DNA of 64,000 bases from an uncultured Erysipelotrichaceae bacterium (GTDB lineage: Bacteria > Bacillota_I > Bacilli_A > Erysipelotrichales > Erysipelotrichaceae). Shown in pieces: positions 59,020 through 64,000 of this stretch (positions within the stretch are counted from its first letter, which is position 1; the number at the start of each line of letters is the position of its first letter). Below the pieces are notes generated by a model. It had not been told where the DNA came from. It saw nothing but the letters and a program-made list of their open reading frames with translations, and did no database searches. The translations under genes and the position numbers were made by a program. The stretch lies in assembly GCA_937893225.1 (NCBI GenBank), contig CALBJM010000331.1, positions 3,346 to 67,345 on the forward strand, given 5' to 3'.

Positions 59020-59912
59020 TGAATGATACTTTAAACAAATTTATCAAACGTTGGTCTACACCAAATTATAAAAGAATGATGTGTTTAGAAGAGTCTTTTT
59101 ATAAAGATTATATTGCAGCTTTAACATATTATAAAACTGTAATTGGTTTGTTGGATGACTACACTTCATTTAAGAATGAAGAAGATAGTGTTATAAAGAA
59201 CAATTTCTTTAAAGAATTGAATGCAATATATTTAAAAATAAATGATAAGCAACCTTCTATATCGTTCAGTTTTAATAAAAACATAAAAGAAATTTCTGGA
59301 AACTTTATGCAATTTAAATTTCCTGGAATCATAACTATTGCTGTATTTAGATTGTTTAATAAAATTCCTAATACAATAAGTGAAGGTGTTGCTTTTGTGA
59401 AAAAAGCAATTAATACTGATTTAACAGTTTTAATGTCAATTTTGCATGAATACTTTCATTTTTTGTTTGAGAACGGTTTGTCAACAGAGGAGTTTCAAAT
59501 GCTTAACAACAATACTAAAGAATCTGAATTTAATTCATATACAAAAGAGTTAATGATTCAATTATTGGCATCAAATGACAATAAATTCTTTTCAAAAGAA
59601 GGTGATTTAAAGAAAGCCTATCACGAATTTGAAGATACTATTGAAACAAAGAAGAATTTGCTGCAAATTTGCAATGATGAGAAATTGATTCTAGATACAT
59701 TGTTTCAATACAATAAAAGTTATGAGTTGAAAGAATCTTTTGATATAAGAGCCGAAATTGATATGTTAACGTTACGACGTACCAAACCTTTATATACAAC
59801 AACACTTGACGATTTGGAAAAGTTTACTCAAACACTAGAAAAGAATTTAGGAAAGACTAGAGAACAGATCTTTCAAGAAATTAAAGAAATGATAAAGAGT
59901 AAAAATTTCTGA
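59019..59912 (+). CDS. HExxH-motif protein, tandem paralog 1
   Basis: SILHEYFH plus downstream E. Confidence 0.75.
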   Translation: MNDTLNKFIKRWSTPNYKRMMCLEESFYKDYIAALTYYKTVIGLLDDYTSFKNEEDSVIKNNFFKELNAIYLKINDKQPSISFSFNKNIKEISGNFMQFKFPGIITIAVFRLFNKIPNTISEGVAFVKKAINTDLTVLMSILHEYFHFLFENGLSTEEFQMLNNNTKESEFNSYTKELMIQLLASNDNKFFSKEGDLKKAYHEFEDTIETKKNLLQICNDEKLILDTLFQYNKSYELKESFDIRAEIDMLTLRRTKPLYTTTLDDLEKFTQTLEKNLGKTREQIFQEIKEMIKSKNF

Positions 59913-60790
59913 TGAGCGATACTTTAAATAGATTTAAAAGAAGATGGTCTACGCCAAATTATAAAAGAATGATGTGTTTAGAAGAATCTTTCTATAAAGA
60001 TTATGCAATAGCGTCTACTTTTTATGTTGCCAATCTAAAGCAATTGGATAATGCCAACTATTTCAAATTTAATAGTCAAAATATCTTAAATAATTTTGTC
60101 TCTTTTCAATCGATTGTTGTACAAATAAATAACAAGCAGCCAACGTTATCCTTTAATTTTAATAAAAATATAAACGGTATTTCTGGAAACTTTAACCAAA
60201 TAATGTACCATGACCTTATAACAATACCTTTATTTCATTACTGTAACAAAGTACCGGAAACAATAGAAGAAGGCATTAACTTAATTAAGCAATTAATAAA
60301 AGAAAATGAATTGATATCAGTATCAATTTTGCACGAATACTTTCATTTTTTGTTTGAAAATGGTTTATCAACAGAGGAATTTAAAATGTTTAATGATAAA
60401 ACAATGCGTTCAGAATTTAATTCATTTACAAAAGAATTGATGGTTCAGTTATTATCTTCTAACGAAGATAAACACTTTAACACTGAAGAAGATTTAAAAA
60501 GGGCATATGAGAATTTCAAAGATAAATTAGAAACAAAAAAGAATTTATTACAGTTTTGTAATGATGAAAAATTAATTTTAGATACGCTAATCAAATACAA
60601 TAAAGATTTTGAATTGAAAGAAGCCTCGGAAACAAGATGGCAAATAGATTTAATCAATTTACAATCCGAACCTTTATATTCGACTACTTTTGAAGAATTG
60701 GAACAGTTTACACAAATGCTAGAAAATAGTTTAGGAAATACCAGAAAACAAATTGTTCAAAGTATTTTAGACATGGCTAATAAGAATTAA
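59912..60790 (+). CDS. HExxH-motif protein, tandem paralog 2
   Basis: end-to-end similar to 59019..59912. Confidence 0.75.
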   Translation: MSDTLNRFKRRWSTPNYKRMMCLEESFYKDYAIASTFYVANLKQLDNANYFKFNSQNILNNFVSFQSIVVQINNKQPTLSFNFNKNINGISGNFNQIMYHDLITIPLFHYCNKVPETIEEGINLIKQLIKENELISVSILHEYFHFLFENGLSTEEFKMFNDKTMRSEFNSFTKELMVQLLSSNEDKHFNTEEDLKRAYENFKDKLETKKNLLQFCNDEKLILDTLIKYNKDFELKEASETRWQIDLINLQSEPLYSTTFEELEQFTQMLENSLGNTRKQIVQSILDMANKN

Positions 60791-60984
60791 TAAGAATTAG
60801 AAAGAAGTGAGTCAGCGCGATTGCAATTGCAATCAATTCAAAAAAGTTGAATTACTGAAGTTCGAAGTTCAAATTCAAATTTCAAAAGCTTTCCTTTCTT
60901 TTTAAGAAAACATACCAAACCAAATAAATATAATTAAAAAGGAGAAAATAGAAAAAAATTTATTTAAGATAATGAACTGATAAA

Positions 60985-61560
60985 ACCATCATGTTGTGTG
61001 TAGGTGTTTACTAGCATGAGGCTCAGTGCAGGTTTCTTTCCGCTGTTTTCCTGTTGACGATAAAAACAAGTAAAGTGTTGCTATTAAAAATTTATTTTAT
61101 TATTGAATAATTTTGAAACAAGTGTGTTACGGTTTGAAGAATAAACGATAACTTCAAAATTAAGGTAGTAAATCGAAATCTCAATAACAAATTTAGCAAT
61201 GCTGGGATCACCTAATGGCCTACTAAACCTACTAAATTCGGTGTCTAAATAATTATATAGTGGGAGTTTCAGCCCTGTAATGCAATCGTTTTAGAGAACG
61301 GTGAAAGATTGGGGTTTGTAGAGGTTATAAAGGCCACTACAGGAAACAGGTTCTTTTGTGGGTGAAGATTTAAGCAATTAAATCGCAGCGTGGATCTGAT
61401 GTCTTACTGTTTGACTTTCCCCGGATCCAATGGTCGGTACGTTAATCCGATACCTGATAACTGAAAGAAGAAACACTTTAAAGTCTTAATGCCTAATTGT
61501 TCCAATGTTTGGTGGTTTAGCAGTTTTCACCCCAAACAATCTTTAGACTATTGCCTAATT
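60985..61560. ncRNA. candidate large structured RNA
   Basis: no long ORF, raised GC, many nested stems. Confidence 0.4.
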
Positions 61561-61617
61561 AAATTTAGTGAAGAATATTGTGATAAAGCTGTAAAAATAA
61601 AATTTTCAACATCACTT

Positions 61618-61656
61618 AAAAAAGTTCTTGACATTCATAACTGATTTTGATAATTT
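61618..61656 (+). promoter_or_regulatory. promoter (copy 1) for ncRNA/tRNA operon
   Basis: AAAAAAGTTCTTGACATTCA, N17, TAATTT. Confidence 0.7.
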
Positions 61657-61713
61657 AGTTTTTGTCAGGTGATGAACTTGATATTGAGATTTTAAAAATA
61701 GTGAATATGATTT

Positions 61714-61819
61714 CCATACTTAAGGAAAACCTCATCGTGGTTGTATGGTCTAGTAACTGTTTAGCAATGTTATCTCATCTCCAAATTCATCCTCTCTAAA
61801 CAGTGAAGCCAATTTCCTT
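61714..61819 (+). ncRNA. HDV-like ribozyme-fold RNA, copy A
   Basis: P1 CCATAC/GTATGG, P2 AAGGAAA/TTTCCTT, P3 ACC/GGT, L3 TCATCGT, P4 ACTGTTTAG/CTAAACAGT, J4/2 GAAGCCAA. Confidence 0.7.
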
Positions 61820-61820
61820 T

Positions 61821-61892
61821 CTTCTTCATAAAACAGCCTTGACGTGGCGAAGAAGCTCTAGTAGTTTACATTTGTAAACGAAGCTAATGTTT
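61821..61892 (+). ncRNA. HDV-like ribozyme-fold RNA, copy B
   Basis: P1 CTTCTTC/GAAGAAG, P2 AAACA/TGTTT, P3 GCC/GGC, L3 TTGACGT, P4 GTTTAC/GTAAAC, J4/2 GAAGCTAA. Confidence 0.72.
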
Positions 61893-61971
61893 GACATAAT
61901 TTACTCTCTTAAAAGTAGTCGCGAAAGTGTGAGTGGTGTGATTGTTAAAACAGTTACACCACTCATTTCTT

Positions 61972-62063
61972 GGATACATGGTTGAGTGGTCTAAAACAGC
62001 GGTTTGCTAAACCGTCGAACAATGAAAGTTGTTCCGCAAGTTCGAATCTTGCTGTATCCGCCA
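61972..62063 (+). tRNA. tRNA-Ser(GCT)
   Basis: cloverleaf, long V-arm, TTCGAAT, G73, encoded CCA. Confidence 0.95.
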
Positions 62064-62090
62064 AAAGTTTCTGTAGAAGATACAGATTAT

Positions 62091-62184
62091 GCCCCTGTCG
62101 TTCAACGGTTAGGACACTCGGCTTATACCCGGGCGAGCAGCTGATATCTGCGAAATCACAGTTCGAATCTGTGCGGGGGTACCA
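62091..62184 (+). tRNA. tRNA with TAT anticodon (Ile), long variable arm
   Basis: GCCCCTG/CGGGGGT acceptor, CTCGG-CTTATAC-CCGGG, V-arm GCAG/CTGC, TTCGAAT, ACCA. Confidence 0.85.
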
Positions 62185-62216
62185 ATTTTAATTTGCATTT
62201 TGAAAGTTGGGTAGAC

Positions 62217-63047
62217 ATGCAATATTTAACGAAACCTTTTGTAAAATGGGTTGGTGGTAAAAAACAACTTCTTGAGAAATTAAGATCTTGTATGCCTAAA
62301 GACTATAATCGTTATTACGAACCTTTTATCGGTGGCGGGGCCTTGTTGTTTAATATTCAACCTAAAGATGCTGTTATTAACGATACAAATAGTCAGTTAA
62401 TAAATGTTTATAATCAATTAAAAATAAACATTGAAGACGTTATAAAAACGGTGAATACTCTAGACGGTAAAATTTGTGATGAAGATTATTATCTAGAAAT
62501 TCGTGACCGTTATAATTCAAAAATCAACTCAAAAGAGTTAGATGCTGAATGTGCATCTTTAATGATTTGGCTTAATAAACATTGTTTTAATGGGTTGTAT
62601 AGGGTCAATTCAAAAGGGTTGTTTAACGTTCCGTATAACAATAAAGTTGATGGCGTTTCAATTGATGAATGTAATTTGCGAAACATCAGTAATTATTTAA
62701 ATTTGAATAATATTGATATTCGTGAAGGTGATTTTGAGGATGCTTGCAATGATGTGAAAAAAGGTGATTTCGTTTATTTCGATTCTCCATATGTTCCTGA
62801 AAGCAAGACGGCAAACTTTACTGATTATACAAAAGATGGGTTTACTCTAAACGACCATAAACGTTTAGCAAGTCTGTTTTGTTCATTGGATAAAATCGGC
62901 GCTTTTGTTGTGTTGAGTAATAACGATGTGCAATTGGTCCATGAAATGTACGAACAGTATAATATAATCCCTGTTGATGTGCGTCGTTCAGTAAACAGTG
63001 ATGCATCAAAAAGAAAAGGTAAAGAAGTTATTATTAAGAATTTTTGA
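62217..63047 (+). CDS. dam: Dam-family (D12 class) DNA adenine methyltransferase
   Basis: KWVGGK, EPFIGGGA, FNGLYRVN, YFDSPY, LSN. Confidence 0.88.
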   Translation: MQYLTKPFVKWVGGKKQLLEKLRSCMPKDYNRYYEPFIGGGALLFNIQPKDAVINDTNSQLINVYNQLKINIEDVIKTVNTLDGKICDEDYYLEIRDRYNSKINSKELDAECASLMIWLNKHCFNGLYRVNSKGLFNVPYNNKVDGVSIDECNLRNISNYLNLNNIDIREGDFEDACNDVKKGDFVYFDSPYVPESKTANFTDYTKDGFTLNDHKRLASLFCSLDKIGAFVVLSNNDVQLVHEMYEQYNIIPVDVRRSVNSDASKRKGKEVIIKNF

Positions 63048-63058
63048 TGATAACTTTT

Positions 63059-63144
63059 GGGTAGGTGGCCGAGTGGTTAATGGCAGCAGACTGTAAATCT
63101 GCCCGCGAAAGCGTACGGTTGTTCGAATCAACCCCTACCCACCA
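63059..63144 (+). tRNA. tRNA-Tyr(GTA)
   Basis: cloverleaf, GCAGA-CTGTAAA-TCTGC, V-arm, ACCA. Confidence 0.95.
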
Positions 63145-63164
63145 AACTTTTTGGAAATTATGAT

Positions 63165-63203
63165 AAAAAAGTTCTTGACATTCAGTTCTTAATTTGCTAT
63201 AAA
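63165..63203 (+). promoter_or_regulatory. promoter (copy 2)
   Basis: same 20-mer AAAAAAGTTCTTGACATTCA, N17, TATAAA. Confidence 0.7.
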
Positions 63204-63243
63204 GAATATAGCAAGACGAGATGTTAAACATTGTAAATAAGAA

Positions 63244-63358
63244 CCACCAAGTGAACAAATACCTCTACGTGGTTTGGTGGACAAGTAACCAGAAGTAAAC
63301 CGTGCTATTTAGCTATTTAGCATAAGCATAAATTCTGGCCGGAAACTAAAATTTGTTC
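63244..63358 (+). ncRNA. HDV-like ribozyme-fold RNA, copy C
   Basis: P1 CCACCAA/TTGGTGG, P2 GAACAAAT/ATTTGTTC, P3 ACC/GGT, L3 TCTACGT, P4 CCAGAA/TTCTGG, J4/2 GAAACTAA. Confidence 0.68.
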
Positions 63359-63418
63359 TATCAATGAAAAGCGTGCTTTTAAAGGTTTGTGTATAAACAA
63401 AATTTTATATGCAAACCC

Positions 63419-63533
63419 TCCTTCATCAAGCTGAAAACCTTTACGTGGTTTGAAGGATAAGTAGCAACCTTCTACTGTTTATTTTCAAGAGCGAAGCATT
63501 GATTGTAAACTGTTGCGAAACAAAAGTTCAGCT
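63419..63533 (+). ncRNA. HDV-like ribozyme-fold RNA, copy D
   Basis: P1 TCCTTCA/TGAAGGA, P2 AGCTGAA/TTCAGCT, P3 ACC/GGT, L3 TTTACGT, P4 GCAAC/GTTGC, J4/2 GAAACAAA. Confidence 0.62.
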
Positions 63534-64000
63534 ATGTAACAATTGATGAAATTTCTGCATCTTTTGTTGCTTTTGATGTTAGTTTTAAACCGTTGTAATC
63601 CCAAATTTAGCGTACGATAATGCGGGAAAACATATTTGTTATAGCAGTTTGAGACTATTGCAAGCTATTTGTTTAGCCGTTTTTAGGAAAGTTTTGGTGT
63701 TAAAAACTTCCTATTTCTCATAGCGGAAAGATTTATAGGTCTCTCTTTATTGAAAAGAGTCAGTTCAATTCTGAATTCCGCGTAGGTAACAATATTGTCG
63801 AAAGATGATATTGTTTCAGGTAATTCGCGATAGTCAGTACCTGTCAAAAACCTGGCAATTAGATAAATTGAAATATATTTATCTATTAGGTTCCTAAAAC
63901 CTGTCATCAAAATTTAGGCATCAAGATTGTTTCTTGCAGGTTTCTTGTTCACCTGACAAAAGCAATAAGCAGTACAAACGCTGTAGAATCGTTTGTGGGT

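Noticed and set aside
7953..60657. Numerous minus-strand and alternate-frame ORFs in the track (e.g. 12246..13070, 26911..27543, 36487..37077)
   Set aside because: Shadows of well-supported + strand genes.
61405..61430. RNase P RNA (minus-strand GGGGAAAGTC)
   Set aside because: The complementary P4 / CR-V element could not be found.
61970..62191. 73-aa ORF (and 63034..63258 minus ORF)
   Set aside because: They overlap clear tRNA genes.
1..64000. CRISPR array
   Set aside because: No regularly spaced identical repeats seen, and no cas motifs.
1..64000. Stop-codon reassignment
   Set aside because: Long known genes are intact in code 11, and TAG, TGA and TAA all end tagged genes at the same register.

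Overview
AT-rich segment of what is very probably a large (jumbo-type) bacteriophage genome, read in standard code 11. It has dense, mostly + strand small ORFs, many sigma70-type TTGACA-N16/17-TAnnnT promoters, and no structural or core replication genes. Recognisable genes: MoxR-like AAA ATPase plus metallopeptidase/vWA partner, EcoRI-family adenine MTase plus DUF262/HNH nuclease, rIIA/rIIB, a degenerate serine resolvase, ankyrin proteins, a PNKP-phosphatase-RNA ligase fusion, an M16 peptidase, a Dam-like MTase and three tRNAs (Ser-GCT, long-arm Ile-TAT, Tyr-GTA). Two signals stand out. (1) About 47 ORFs, many otherwise unrelated and including rIIB, end in the same stop-anchored C-terminal motif [D/E/S/N]-[I/V]-G-x-x-x-L-x-x-[I/L/V]-COOH, conserved at the protein level rather than the DNA level; this suggests a C-terminal sorting or docking tag. 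(2) Four copies (two tandem pairs, each pair behind a near-identical promoter in the tRNA region) of a covarying HDV-ribozyme-like double pseudoknot with an AGUA/GAA loop-E module. Two further large structured non-coding stretches (about 5.1-6.1 kb and 61.0-61.6 kb) and a candidate origin (34.7-35.2 kb) are also present. All assignments are by eye; no searches or folding programs were run.
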